Assembly (NCBI GenBank): GCA_030603365.1
Contig: JAUVXV010000014.1
Coordinates: 59,752 to 123,751, forward strand
Length of the DNA stretch: 64,000 nucleotides
Source: Candidatus Heimdallarchaeota archaeon
GTDB taxonomy: Archaea; Asgardarchaeota; Heimdallarchaeia; Heimdallarchaeales; Heimdallarchaeaceae
Direction of reading: 5' to 3'
Shown here: positions 41,832 through 51,428 of the stretch, in pieces
Layout of the letters: every line of letters starts with the position of its first letter
Position numbering within the stretch: position 1 is the first letter of the stretch
Made by a program: the position numbers and the translations under genes
The notes under the pieces: generated by a model
The model's input: only the letters and a program-made list of their open reading frames with translations
Database searches by the model: none
What the model was told of the DNA's origin: nothing

Positions 41832-42707
41832 GTGACAGATTCATACGCAATAGTTTTAGATTCTACATCAGATATTCCTGAAGAATTAGAGAAAAAATAT
41901 AGCATTCCAATTGTTCCAGCTCATGTAATAATTGGGGGTAAGGATTATTTAGATAGAGTTGGAATTTCAAGAGAACAGATATTCTATGATTTATTAAATT
42001 CTGATGAGAAAATAACTACAACTCAACCATCTCCTATCGATTTTTTCAATACATTTACAGAAACTTTGAAAGAATATGATAAAATTCTCTACCTTGGAGT
42101 TAGCTCAGGTCTTTCAGCGACTTTTCAAAATGCTACCATTGCGGCTAAAAAATTTGAGAAGGGAAAAATCATTCCTATAGATACTTTATCAGTTTCCCTT
42201 GGAATAACATTGATGGCTCAACATGCTATGCTTTGCCGTGAAAATGGAGTGGAACTTGATTCCGTAATAGAACAGATAAATGAGATGATAACAAAGACAC
42301 GCATCTATATTCTTGTTCAAGAGTTAAAGTATCTTCAAAGAGGAGGAAGAATTGGAAAAGCAAAACACGTAATAGGTTCACTACTAAATCTCAAACCTAT
42401 TCTTCACTTTGTAGACGGAGAAATTGATGCATTAATGAATGTAAGAGGAACTGAAGCGGGTTATGAAGCCATGATAGAATTGGTGACTAAGGATTCGAAA
42501 AGCTACTCCAATTTCGCTTTTTCTGGTGCTTATGGACTTGAAAATAAAACATTTGAAGGAATCTCTAATTCGTTAAGAGATAAATTTAATCCACTAAACT
42601 ATCATTATCACCCTATTGGACCAGCTGTTGCTTGTCATGTAGGACCAAATGTTGAAGCATTTATCACTACTCAAATACCTGAAGATTCTGTTAATCTGTA
42701 CAAATAG
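41832..42707 (+). CDS. DegV family fatty-acid-binding protein (second copy)
   Basis: LDSTSD, TTQPSP, VSSGLSATFQNA, YLQRGGRIG, CHVGP. Probable GTG start at 41832. Confidence 0.9.
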   Translation: MTDSYAIVLDSTSDIPEELEKKYSIPIVPAHVIIGGKDYLDRVGISREQIFYDLLNSDEKITTTQPSPIDFFNTFTETLKEYDKILYLGVSSGLSATFQNATIAAKKFEKGKIIPIDTLSVSLGITLMAQHAMLCRENGVELDSVIEQINEMITKTRIYILVQELKYLQRGGRIGKAKHVIGSLLNLKPILHFVDGEIDALMNVRGTEAGYEAMIELVTKDSKSYSNFAFSGAYGLENKTFEGISNSLRDKFNPLNYHYHPIGPAVACHVGPNVEAFITTQIPEDSVNLYK

Positions 42708-42719
42708 TAACTCTTGCAT

Positions 42720-43529
42720 TTAGTTCTTGTTAGCTCTAATTGAGAATATTAACGGTAGATTGTACTTATCCTTTTTGAATCTCCATACTCCCTTCTCGAA
42801 CTCTTCCATAAATGGAAATTGAGGAAAGAAAGTATATGGATATTCTTTTACTGATTCAATAGTTAGACCTACATCTATCAAAGCAGAAATAATATCACCA
42901 AATGTATGTTGCCAATTGTAGGAATCAATGTTATACATTTCTTCTTCCTGATCAGTATAAGTATAAGCTGATGTATAATATAATGGTTCTTTCCCAAAGA
43001 AATATGCATATTTATAGATGAGCTCATTAGGATGCTCATCATCAAAAATCCAGGCAAATGGATGAAATTCAGCTATGAAAAAGGTTCCTCCTTTTTTGAG
43101 GAAATGTGCAACTATTTTCGCCCATTCTTTTAGATCAGGTAACCAAGCTAAAACACCATATGATGTAAAGACAATATCAAACTTTTCATCGAGCTTTTGG
43201 GGTAAATCATAGATGTTTGTACAAATGAAATCAGCAGGAAGCTTTAATTGTTCATTAATCGAATTTGCTAATTTGATTGCTTTGTCAGAATAGTCGATTC
43301 CTACAACTCTAGAAGCCCCCAATCTTGCCCATGAGAGTGTATCCAAACCAAATTGGCATTGTAGATGTAATAGTGATTTTCCTGAGATATCACCTAGTTC
43401 TTCTAGTTCTATTTTATGCAGACTATTCTTACCTTTCATGAAACTTTCAAGATCATAATCCTTGGATTTAGCATGAATTTCAGTAGCTTCATTCCATCTT
43501 TTTAGGTTTTTTTTCATGAACTCTTCCAT
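42720..43529 (-). CDS. Class I SAM-dependent methyltransferase
   Basis: LLHLQCQFGLDTLSWARLGA, FDIVFTSYG, AEFHP. Probable ATG at 43529. Confidence 0.88.
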   Translation of the reverse strand: MEEFMKKNLKRWNEATEIHAKSKDYDLESFMKGKNSLHKIELEELGDISGKSLLHLQCQFGLDTLSWARLGASRVVGIDYSDKAIKLANSINEQLKLPADFICTNIYDLPQKLDEKFDIVFTSYGVLAWLPDLKEWAKIVAHFLKKGGTFFIAEFHPFAWIFDDEHPNELIYKYAYFFGKEPLYYTSAYTYTDQEEEMYNIDSYNWQHTFGDIISALIDVGLTIESVKEYPYTFFPQFPFMEEFEKGVWRFKKDKYNLPLIFSIRANKN

Positions 43530-43605
43530 TTTATTCAAATCATTGAAAAAAATACGATATAAATTCTTATCTTTAAGATAGGAAAAAAAAGGAAAAATGG
43601 TAAAA

Positions 43606-44388
43606 TTATTCTTTGGGAAGTTTGACTTCTCTAGTAGCAGGATTGAACTCAACAACTTCCAATTCTTCCAAGCTGAGAAGAGAGGATTTAATCAAAACAG
43701 CTGTTGTATCTAGAAGATTTGAAAGGTCATCTATAGTCATGCTATTAGGATGGGCTGCAATTAAAGCAAGAAATATCTTGCCTTGTTCAGTAGAATTAAG
43801 AATTCTTCTTAGACTCTCATTTTGAGCCATAACTGGTTCTTCTCTTGATTTGAAGTCTGTAAATTCCTTTTCTACAGAACCCAGTTTTTTCTTCAATTCT
43901 TTCTCAAGGGTTTTTGTCTGATCAAATTTCGACTGTACTGCTTCAAAATCAGCTTTAATCTTAGCCATTTGATTCAAAGTATCTTTCAATTCTTTCTCCT
44001 TGTTCTTCAAGTTTGATTCTTTTTCTTTAAGGATTACATCCTTTTCTTTGACTTGATTACGTAATTTTTCCAGGAGTTCATCTTTTTCAGCTACTTTCTC
44101 AAGTTGTTCTTCTAATTGTTTCTGAAAAGCGTTGAATTCATTTATAGTCTTTTGAAGTAAATCACCTTGTTCTTCAAACTTGTCATCAAAATTACTAGTA
44201 ATCGATTGTACTTCCAATTTAGTGCTTTTGACTAAATTATCAAATTCCTTAGATGATTTTTCTAGTTGATCAACTCTCATATCTTTCTGCTTCTTCTCAT
44301 CATTTATGAATTTCTCAAGAGTTCGAATTTTTGATTCTAAATTCTTTAGATCAGCAGTAAGTTCCTCGTTACTTTTCTTTTTGGCCAT
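43606..44388 (-). CDS. Long coiled-coil protein with C-terminal winged-helix domain
   Basis: About 190 aa of heptad-rich K/E helix, then GKIFLAL...MTIDDLSNLL...LEELEVVEF. Probable ATG at 44388. Confidence 0.65.
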   Translation of the reverse strand: MAKKKSNEELTADLKNLESKIRTLEKFINDEKKQKDMRVDQLEKSSKEFDNLVKSTKLEVQSITSNFDDKFEEQGDLLQKTINEFNAFQKQLEEQLEKVAEKDELLEKLRNQVKEKDVILKEKESNLKNKEKELKDTLNQMAKIKADFEAVQSKFDQTKTLEKELKKKLGSVEKEFTDFKSREEPVMAQNESLRRILNSTEQGKIFLALIAAHPNSMTIDDLSNLLDTTAVLIKSSLLSLEELEVVEFNPATREVKLPKE

Positions 44389-44475
44389 CAATATCACCAA
44401 CAAATATATATTATCATCATAGGATGAGGAATTTTAAAGATTACCTTAAGGGAAAATAAAAGCAAGGTAGAAATT

Positions 44476-45264
44476 TCAGTTTTCTTTAACTTTTCTTCCT
44501 ACAGGTGATAAATAAACTGTGAACTCATCTTCACCATCTACACCTATTATTTTATCAGCAGTTTCCTGATCATAAGCAGCTATGGCACAGGTTCCTAAAT
44601 TAAGTGCTTCACAAGCTAAATACAGGTTTTGACAGATATGACCAGCTTCTATACCAATAACTTTGAAAGAAGGAATAGAATATCGCCATTCCATCCTATA
44701 GGGAATTGCTACAAAAAAGAATATAACTGCTCCTTTCAAAATAAATGGTTGGTGAATGAGATTCTCTAAGGTCTCTTTTTCGATTTCTTTTATTGACTTT
44801 ATGAAAAGAAGTTTATGTCCTATTGCTATGTATCTATACACACCTGGCTCAAGATTGTCAACATTGTTAACTATCATGTAAATTTCATAAGGGTGTCTTG
44901 CTCCACCAGAAGGAACAGTACGTTTTGTACCTGAACCATGATGTTTAGTAACTTCGTGAACTCCATCGCTAGCCCATAGTAAATATGAAAGTTCTTCCAA
45001 AGTAAGTGATTTATCCTTGTAAGTTCTATGACTTCTTCTTTCCTTCAATGCTTTGAATAATGAATGCTCTAAGCCAATTGAAAAATTGTCAACTTCGACT
45101 AGATTAATTAATTTTGCATTCTCAGGATATGGTTTCTGAAGAGGAGGATTAGGAACTTTTTTCTGTTGATCGGTTTGAAAACCTTCAGGAATTTTCTCAA
45201 TATCATCACCAAATACTCTTAGAAATCTCCGATATTTCAGAGTTGTATTTCTATCAATTGACAT
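44476..45264 (-). CDS. SagB/ThcOx-type nitroreductase family protein
   Basis: RRSHR, RTVPSGGARHP, EAGHICQNLYLACEA. Confidence 0.88.
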   Translation of the reverse strand: MSIDRNTTLKYRRFLRVFGDDIEKIPEGFQTDQQKKVPNPPLQKPYPENAKLINLVEVDNFSIGLEHSLFKALKERRSHRTYKDKSLTLEELSYLLWASDGVHEVTKHHGSGTKRTVPSGGARHPYEIYMIVNNVDNLEPGVYRYIAIGHKLLFIKSIKEIEKETLENLIHQPFILKGAVIFFFVAIPYRMEWRYSIPSFKVIGIEAGHICQNLYLACEALNLGTCAIAAYDQETADKIIGVDGEDEFTVYLSPVGRKVKEN

Positions 45265-45368
45265 GAGAAAACAGTTGTCTTTTCACATATAAATCTAATT
45301 AAAAAAGAAAAGAAGAATAGAGAAGAGAGTCAATGTAAATAAAAGAAAGGAGGGTAGAAACTTCGCGG

Positions 45369-45632
45369 TTAATAGAATGTTCCTACTACCCTAAACTTTA
45401 ATCCTAAAGCTTTAATCCTTTCTTTTTCAAGATCTTTCTTTATTTGATAATTCTGATAAATTCTCTTTGCAGGACATTCTTCATCATTATACTGACATTC
45501 GAACAATGTTTCAGCTAACTGATCTATTAAGCTGAAAAGTTCGTCTTCTTTCTCAAATTCAAAGTTATTTAATTCTTTTATATTTTTGAAAGATCTCTTG
45601 AAGATGCTTTTATATTCTGATTTTAGTACCAT
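45369..45632 (-). CDS. Small protein A (87 aa), partner family of the wHTH cluster
   Basis: ATG at 45632 with AGGTGG SD; paralog of 45739..46002 and 53999..54238. Confidence 0.7.
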   Translation of the reverse strand: MVLKSEYKSIFKRSFKNIKELNNFEFEKEDELFSLIDQLAETLFECQYNDEECPAKRIYQNYQIKKDLEKERIKALGLKFRVVGTFY

Positions 45633-45738
45633 TACTACCACCTATATTATTTTCTTATATTGTATTCTTAATATACAATGCTCACAACTTGTCAACACAA
45701 TTTGTGTTATTCATACTAAAAGAAAGGTAGATGAGTAA

Positions 45739-46002
45739 TCAAAGTAAAGATCCCTTATGCAGAAGTAGTTTTGTCATGCTTTTGTTTCTTTCTTCAGAGA
45801 AAGATTGACGGAGGAGATGCTGCTCATAGATGTGATAATCAGCAGAATACTCGTTGGCTAGGTTGTAATTAAACATATTCTCTGCAACCTGTGTGAGGAG
45901 TTGAAACAAGTTCTCTTCTTCATCAAACTCATACTTATACAGTTCCTTTAGAGCTTCGAAACTTCTTATTAATTCATATTTTTGTTCAACTTTTAATACC
46001 AC
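45739..46002 (-). CDS. Small protein B (87 aa), partner family of the wHTH cluster
   Basis: GTG at 46002 with GGTGA SD gives MVLK..., the same start and length as protein A. Confidence 0.7.
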   Translation of the reverse strand: MVLKVEQKYELIRSFEALKELYKYEFDEEENLFQLLTQVAENMFNYNLANEYSADYHIYEQHLLRQSFSEERNKSMTKLLLHKGSLL

Positions 46003-46043
46003 TTTTTTTTCACCCGAGATATTTTTGTGTTTTTTAGAGGATA

Positions 46044-46060
46044 TTCTCAACCTCTGAGAA
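46044..46060. promoter_or_regulatory. Palindromic operator TTCTCA-N5-TGAGAA
   Basis: TTCTCAacctcTGAGAA, downstream of the minus-strand TATA (TTTATATA, 46084-46077) of gene B. Confidence 0.7.
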
Positions 46061-46087
46061 CATAGTCCCACTGCAATATATAAATCT

Positions 46088-46104
46088 TTCTTATACTGTG
46101 AGAA
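46088..46104. promoter_or_regulatory. Second operator copy TTCTTA-N5-TGAGAA
   Basis: TTCTTAtactgTGAGAA on the other side of the same TATA box. Confidence 0.65.
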
Positions 46105-46193
46105 TACCAGTCCATTGTTGTAGAATATCTTCTTTGTCCCACAGAAACATATATATATTCCTATACTTTAAATTTAATTGGTGAAGAAGAAAA

Positions 46194-47024
46194 ATGAGCC
46201 TACCAGAGCCACAAGATGTAATAACGTATGAACAAAAACCTATAGAAATTGTCAAAGAAAGAGAGAAAGTGGAAATGTTTTATGACCAAGGATATTGGCC
46301 AATTCTGGTAATTTTGCGAGAGGGACCTTTAACAGTTAGAGAAATGACTGTGAAATCTAATATTTTAATCGAGAAAAAAGTTAGACCTGAACTTGATAAA
46401 AAATTTAAAGATTATCAAGTGACTAAGGAAAAACTAGAAGATATTTTGAAGAAAATAACAACTTTTACTGCTGAAGAGAAAAAGCAGTTGAGGGATAAAA
46501 AAACATTGTCTGAATCCGATAAAAAACTAGTTATTGACAGAATTAAAGATTATAAGTTAAGCAAAGAGCAAAAATCAGAAAAAACTATTTATCGCTATGT
46601 GAAGGATTTGTCTCTAGCAGAGCTAATTGTAGCTGCGGGACAAAGAGTAATTATTGGTAAGACTGCCACAGAAACGCTTTATGCTAGAAAAGCAAAAATT
46701 TTCATTATTCGTCAACACTCCGATGACACTTGGAACTGTGAAGAATGTAAAACAACTTTAGATAAAGTTGGAAAACTATTAGCTTTATCGATGGATATCA
46801 AGCAACCAAAGGTAGAACATCTTGCAAAATTAATGTCTTCCATTGACATGTTTCATGAAGATGAGCAAATACGTTTATTTGAACAATTTGATGATGAAGT
46901 TAAAAGAATTATTAAGGATTGCTCGTTCAAGGAAACTAATCACCTATTAACAACTTTTAAGTCAATATACCTAGTATTGAAAGCTGAAGAATTTAAAGAA
47001 GAAATAAAGAGTTGTTTCAAATAG
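46194..47024 (+). CDS. Winged-HTH regulator W1 (paralog family, with long insert)
   Basis: DVITYEQK...GPLTVREM...KSEKTIYRYVKDL...GQRVIIGKTATETLYARKAK. Confidence 0.75.
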   Translation: MSLPEPQDVITYEQKPIEIVKEREKVEMFYDQGYWPILVILREGPLTVREMTVKSNILIEKKVRPELDKKFKDYQVTKEKLEDILKKITTFTAEEKKQLRDKKTLSESDKKLVIDRIKDYKLSKEQKSEKTIYRYVKDLSLAELIVAAGQRVIIGKTATETLYARKAKIFIIRQHSDDTWNCEECKTTLDKVGKLLALSMDIKQPKVEHLAKLMSSIDMFHEDEQIRLFEQFDDEVKRIIKDCSFKETNHLLTTFKSIYLVLKAEEFKEEIKSCFK

Positions 47025-47106
47025 AAGCAAACTCTTATACTACAATTTTTTAATCCTTGTTTTTGAGACAAACTTTTAAGAAATAGTTTTCATTTATTCT
47101 TTTAAC

Positions 47107-47790
47107 ATGGAACACAGAGATTTTCTTGATACTGAATTTAAGCCTGATGGGATAAAAACCATTAGGGACCCCAAGATTATTGAGTATTTTGAAGATGAAA
47201 ATTTCTCTGTAATTCTAAATGTTTTAAGAGAAAAACCTATGACAGTTAAAGAATTAACTCAAAGATACAATGATTATGTTACTGAAAGAGCAACAAAACA
47301 GAGATTACCTCAGGAACGTATTCTCGAGAAACTTCGCACCAATAAAACCATGTATAGATACATCAAAGAGCTAACTAAGGTGAAATTGATAGCACCAGCT
47401 GGTCAGAGGATGGTCATAGGTAAAACAGCCACAGAAGTGTTATATGACAGAACTGCAAGGATTTTTTATACCAGTCAAGAATCACTAGATTGGTGGGTGG
47501 GAGAAAATGGAAAGAGGACTACAGCTGCATCAGGGGGATTGATCAGCCTTACATTAAATACATCCGCTCCTAAAGGTGATTGCTTAGCAAAAATTATGCA
47601 AAAAATTGTTTCAGAAAACGAACAAGCAATGTTCAAGATTTTTGATGATAATCAAGAAGAAGTAACAAAACTCATCTACACACTTGAGGGGAGAGAAACA
47701 GATAGAGCTCTCTATGCAATGAATATATTGTTAGCAATTATCAATTCTGAAAAATATAAAAAAGAATTAGAGGAGTGTCTAGGAATTTAG
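47107..47790 (+). CDS. Winged-HTH regulator W2
   Basis: PMTVKELT...KTMYRYIKEL...GQRMVIGKTATEVLYDRTAR. Confidence 0.75.
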   Translation: MEHRDFLDTEFKPDGIKTIRDPKIIEYFEDENFSVILNVLREKPMTVKELTQRYNDYVTERATKQRLPQERILEKLRTNKTMYRYIKELTKVKLIAPAGQRMVIGKTATEVLYDRTARIFYTSQESLDWWVGENGKRTTAASGGLISLTLNTSAPKGDCLAKIMQKIVSENEQAMFKIFDDNQEEVTKLIYTLEGRETDRALYAMNILLAIINSEKYKKELEECLGI

Positions 47791-47845
47791 CTTAACTTTG
47801 GCTTTTTGGCGAGTTAAATATATATAGTAGAACATTCTAGCCCTT

Positions 47846-48172
47846 TTGATGACAGAGATAGCTTATCATTTGCGTTGTGATTGTAAAAAAGCAGTGAATG
47901 CCTATTCCTGTCCAGTAGGGTTGCTCAAACCAACAACCAAGCATAACTATGATTACTATCATTGTCCACACTGTGATTTTGATTATATCTGTGATCATTC
48001 TATAAAAATAAAATTTGATTACGATGAGAAAGGTTTGCCAGAGCAAAATCAAATTGTGTGTAATAGATGCGGATCACAACTAGAAGCCTATTTATGGCCT
48101 AAGCAAGCAGAAGAGCTTGAAGAAGGAGCTTATGGTACTAAGTATGTAAGCATCTACAGACGAAACTATTAA
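47846..48172 (+). CDS. Small Cys-rich protein, paralog of 33336..33593
   Basis: HLRCDC...C...YYHCPHCDFDYIC...CNRC...WP. Confidence 0.65.
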   Translation: MMTEIAYHLRCDCKKAVNAYSCPVGLLKPTTKHNYDYYHCPHCDFDYICDHSIKIKFDYDEKGLPEQNQIVCNRCGSQLEAYLWPKQAEELEEGAYGTKYVSIYRRNY

Positions 48173-48417
48173 TTTCATTCGGACGGAGAATGTGTAATAC
48201 AGAGGTGATACTTTTCTTACATTTCATTTATAAAGGATGAAAAAAACGCAAGATTCTATAGATTATCTAGATTCTAATTAGAAAAGCTTTGTTTTTCTCT
48301 GACTCCTAACCATGTTCATAGTAGATTAAATTATTTTTGGAATTTTTATAAAAAAATTTCTTGTTTTTTTCACTTTTTTCCCAATTTTTAAAAGGAAGAA
48401 GAGAGATTGTTATTATA

Positions 48418-48930
48418 ATGAAAAGAAATCTTGCTTATTTATTGGTCGTAGTTGGGTTGATTCTTATTGTTTCAAATTCTACTGTTGCGGAAGCTGAATA
48501 TTATTCAATCAATATGGATTTGGAAATTACTGATTCCTATTATACCAATATAGAAGATGACAAGAATAAACCTGATGATGATATTATAATTGATTTTGAA
48601 GTAAATCTTGAATTTTATCAATACTTCTATGAAGACGATAATAATAATTTCATTGGAACTTATACATTATTTCAAGTAAAATTCAAAGTACAACTAATCT
48701 TACCTTCAGGTTTTGTGTATGAATATTCATTCTTGTTGTATATTTCAGTTGGTAATTCAGAATTTAGAATATATCTCTATAATCACGCTACTGAATCAGG
48801 ATGGTACATTGTGAAGATATGGGGAGTCTTAAGGTATACTCATATCTCAGTATATGATGAGATGATTTTCGATCCTCCAGGGCAAACTGGTGACACCGAT
48901 CCTCCAGAGATAGAATTCATTACATTGTAA
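48418..48930 (+). CDS. Secreted hypothetical protein
   Basis: Probable ATG at 48418; signal peptide MKRNLAYLLVVVGLILIV; beta-rich; C-terminal IFDPPG. Confidence 0.6.
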   Translation: MKRNLAYLLVVVGLILIVSNSTVAEAEYYSINMDLEITDSYYTNIEDDKNKPDDDIIIDFEVNLEFYQYFYEDDNNNFIGTYTLFQVKFKVQLILPSGFVYEYSFLLYISVGNSEFRIYLYNHATESGWYIVKIWGVLRYTHISVYDEMIFDPPGQTGDTDPPEIEFITL

Positions 48931-48997
48931 GACGACACAATAATATATAATGAAAGAATAAATAGATTCAGATTAATCAGATTCGGGGTGAACGAAG

Positions 48998-50101
48998 TTG
49001 AGTTTAAACACTAATGATCTTGCATTGCTTCTTGCACTGGAAGAGAACCCATTTATTACTATCACAAATTTAGCAGATAAACTCAAGCTTTCTCGTCCCA
49101 CTGTCAAAAAACGACTTGAAAATCTCAAAGATGCTGGGATGCTTGATAAACCAGTTGCACTATATAAACCAGAAAAAATAGGTTTAGAGAGAAAACATAT
49201 CTTTGCTACTGTTCCTAACCGAGAATCTTTAGAAGTAATGGAACAGGCTTGTGATAAGCACCCATACACTAAATATAGAGCAAGAACATTCGGGGGAAAA
49301 TTCGGAATTTATATGCAGTTTGAAATCCCCCCCAATACATCTAATCTGCTAAATGAATTCTTCAAAGCATTAAAAGAAGGGGATATATTAGACGATTTCA
49401 GAATATTATCAAGCACAGGATTAAGAGCTGTAACTTATCCTGATCTCAAAAAGTTTGATGCAAACAATCTTACATGGAATTTCTCCTGGGAAAAATGGTT
49501 TAAGTCGCTAAATAATTACACTTATACAATCAAGAACCAAATTAAACCAGAAACAGATTTTTCAAGCTATAAACCAATTCACTTTAGTATTTTGAGAGAC
49601 TTAACATCAGATGCTTCAATTAAACAAAAAGACATTAAGGATAACTTTAAACTAAGCAAAACTGAAGCTCATAGACATTATAAATATGTCATGGATAATT
49701 ATGTAGATAAAGTCAGACTAATGTATGACCGAAAATCATTCAATCTAACAGAGACATATATTGCTCTCGCAAGGATAGTAAATAATACTACCAGAGGACA
49801 AATTTACAATCAACTGAAAGAAAATCCACCACCATTTTATGTATCTATAGACTTACTAGAAGGTTCAAATTTTGTTATGTGGGGAAATATGAGCCCTGCT
49901 CAAGCTAATGAATTTGCTTTTTCTATCTGGAAAACTTTAGAAAATGTTGAGATTCATATCTTGAGTACAAAACATGGGGGATCAAGTATATATTGGTTCT
50001 ACCCAAATAATTTCGATTTTGATAAGGAAGAATGGAAGAAATCAAGAGAATATATGGTTACAAAACCATTAAAAGAGTTGAAAATAACTATCTCTGACTA
50101 A
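48998..50101 (+). CDS. Lrp/AsnC-like regulator with tandem HTH/RAM-like halves
   Basis: ENPFITITNLADKLKLSRPTVKKRLENL; second HTH at ILRDLTSDASIKQKDI. Confidence 0.75.
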   Translation: MSLNTNDLALLLALEENPFITITNLADKLKLSRPTVKKRLENLKDAGMLDKPVALYKPEKIGLERKHIFATVPNRESLEVMEQACDKHPYTKYRARTFGGKFGIYMQFEIPPNTSNLLNEFFKALKEGDILDDFRILSSTGLRAVTYPDLKKFDANNLTWNFSWEKWFKSLNNYTYTIKNQIKPETDFSSYKPIHFSILRDLTSDASIKQKDIKDNFKLSKTEAHRHYKYVMDNYVDKVRLMYDRKSFNLTETYIALARIVNNTTRGQIYNQLKENPPPFYVSIDLLEGSNFVMWGNMSPAQANEFAFSIWKTLENVEIHILSTKHGGSSIYWFYPNNFDFDKEEWKKSREYMVTKPLKELKITISD

Positions 50102-50128
50102 TCACCAATTTAATCAGTTAAGATTTTT

Positions 50129-50425
50129 TTAGCTTGTTTTTTCAAATAATTTATCAGAGTTGTTTGATGGATCAGAGTTGTAGACTAATTTCTTAAGTGT
50201 TTGATTGTTAAAAGAGTTCTGATTAAAGAACTTTAAATCAAATGTACCACAACATTTTGAACACTCACAGGATATAATATCATAATGATATCCATCTTCA
50301 ATAAGAGGCATACAATGTTGAGGATAACAACCTCCACTTTCTCTGCATTTTAAACAATACATTTTCTTAATAAAATATTTAGCATCTTCTGATTGTTCGA
50401 TTGGAATAATAAATTCATACACCAT
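50129..50425 (-). CDS. Small Cys-rich hypothetical protein
   Basis: CLKC...C...HC...CECSKCC. Confidence 0.5.
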   Translation of the reverse strand: MVYEFIIPIEQSEDAKYFIKKMYCLKCRESGGCYPQHCMPLIEDGYHYDIISCECSKCCGTFDLKFFNQNSFNNQTLKKLVYNSDPSNNSDKLFEKTS

Positions 50426-50577
50426 GGGTGGTCCTCTTTTCTAAATTAACTGATAGACATCCCCTATGAAACTATTGTCAAGTATATTATATAAATATTG
50501 CCATTTGTTCCAGTTTGTGTTTTTTAATGTATTCAGAATTCTTAAACTTTAAAAAAAAGTGTGCAAACTAGTCCCAC

Positions 50578-51402
50578 ATGGGAAAGAAGAAACCCCGTTA
50601 TGAGAAATTCTCTATAGAACGTCAGATACTAGCAAATTTCAATGAAATTATCTATCAGTTTCCGTTTATGAAAGGATTAGTGGAAGTGGATATAACTGAA
50701 GCTAGAAGGAAACTCAAAGAGTACTCAGAAAAGACAGACAACAGAATTTCATTCACGGGATGGATAATTAAAGCAACCAGCGAAGCAATCATGGAAAACA
50801 AGAGTATTCAGGCATATCGAGTTAGTAAAAGGAAGTTAGTAATTCCTGAAGAAGTTGATTTTGGAATCATGGTGGAAAGAAAAACACATGATGAAAAGAA
50901 AGTACCAGCGATGGAGATCATTAAATCAGCTCAAAGAAAAAGTGTGATTGAAATTTCTGATGAAATTAGACAGCTTCAAAACAAGATTATCAGTGAAGAA
51001 GAACAACTAATGGGTGAACAGAATTTTACTCGAAAACTCCAATACTTTCTCTTCTCGATTCTACCAAATTTCATAAGTAAGAAACTTATCAAGAGAATAG
51101 CTACAAATAAGAAATTCATCACTAAATTTAGCGGTACAGTAGGTGTTACAGCTTTAGGTATGTTTGGAAAAGGAAAAAGTGCTAGTGGTCATGTGATTCA
51201 TTTTCCCACTAGAACAATAGACTTAGCACTTGGAACAATAACAGCAAAACCAAGATATATAGAAGATAAGCTGGAAAAAAGAGAAATCTTGAATATGACA
51301 TTTTATATTGACCACAATATAGTAGATGGAGCTCCTGCAGCAAGATTCGTTTCACGAGCTATTGAATTGTTAGAAACCGCATTTGGATTAGAAGAATTGT
51401 GA
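50578..51402 (+). CDS. 2-oxoacid dehydrogenase acyltransferase catalytic-domain-only protein
   Basis: EVDIT, ISFTGWIIKA, DHNIVDGAPAARF (HxxxDG); no lipoyl domain. Confidence 0.85.
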   Translation: MGKKKPRYEKFSIERQILANFNEIIYQFPFMKGLVEVDITEARRKLKEYSEKTDNRISFTGWIIKATSEAIMENKSIQAYRVSKRKLVIPEEVDFGIMVERKTHDEKKVPAMEIIKSAQRKSVIEISDEIRQLQNKIISEEEQLMGEQNFTRKLQYFLFSILPNFISKKLIKRIATNKKFITKFSGTVGVTALGMFGKGKSASGHVIHFPTRTIDLALGTITAKPRYIEDKLEKREILNMTFYIDHNIVDGAPAARFVSRAIELLETAFGLEEL

Positions 51403-51428
51403 TATTGCAAACAATGTAAATAGATTAA

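Noticed and set aside
45739-46071. ORF-track start at 46071 for small protein B
   Set aside because: It would run through the operator and promoter; GTG at 46002 has an SD and gives the same MVLK start and 87-aa length as paralog A.
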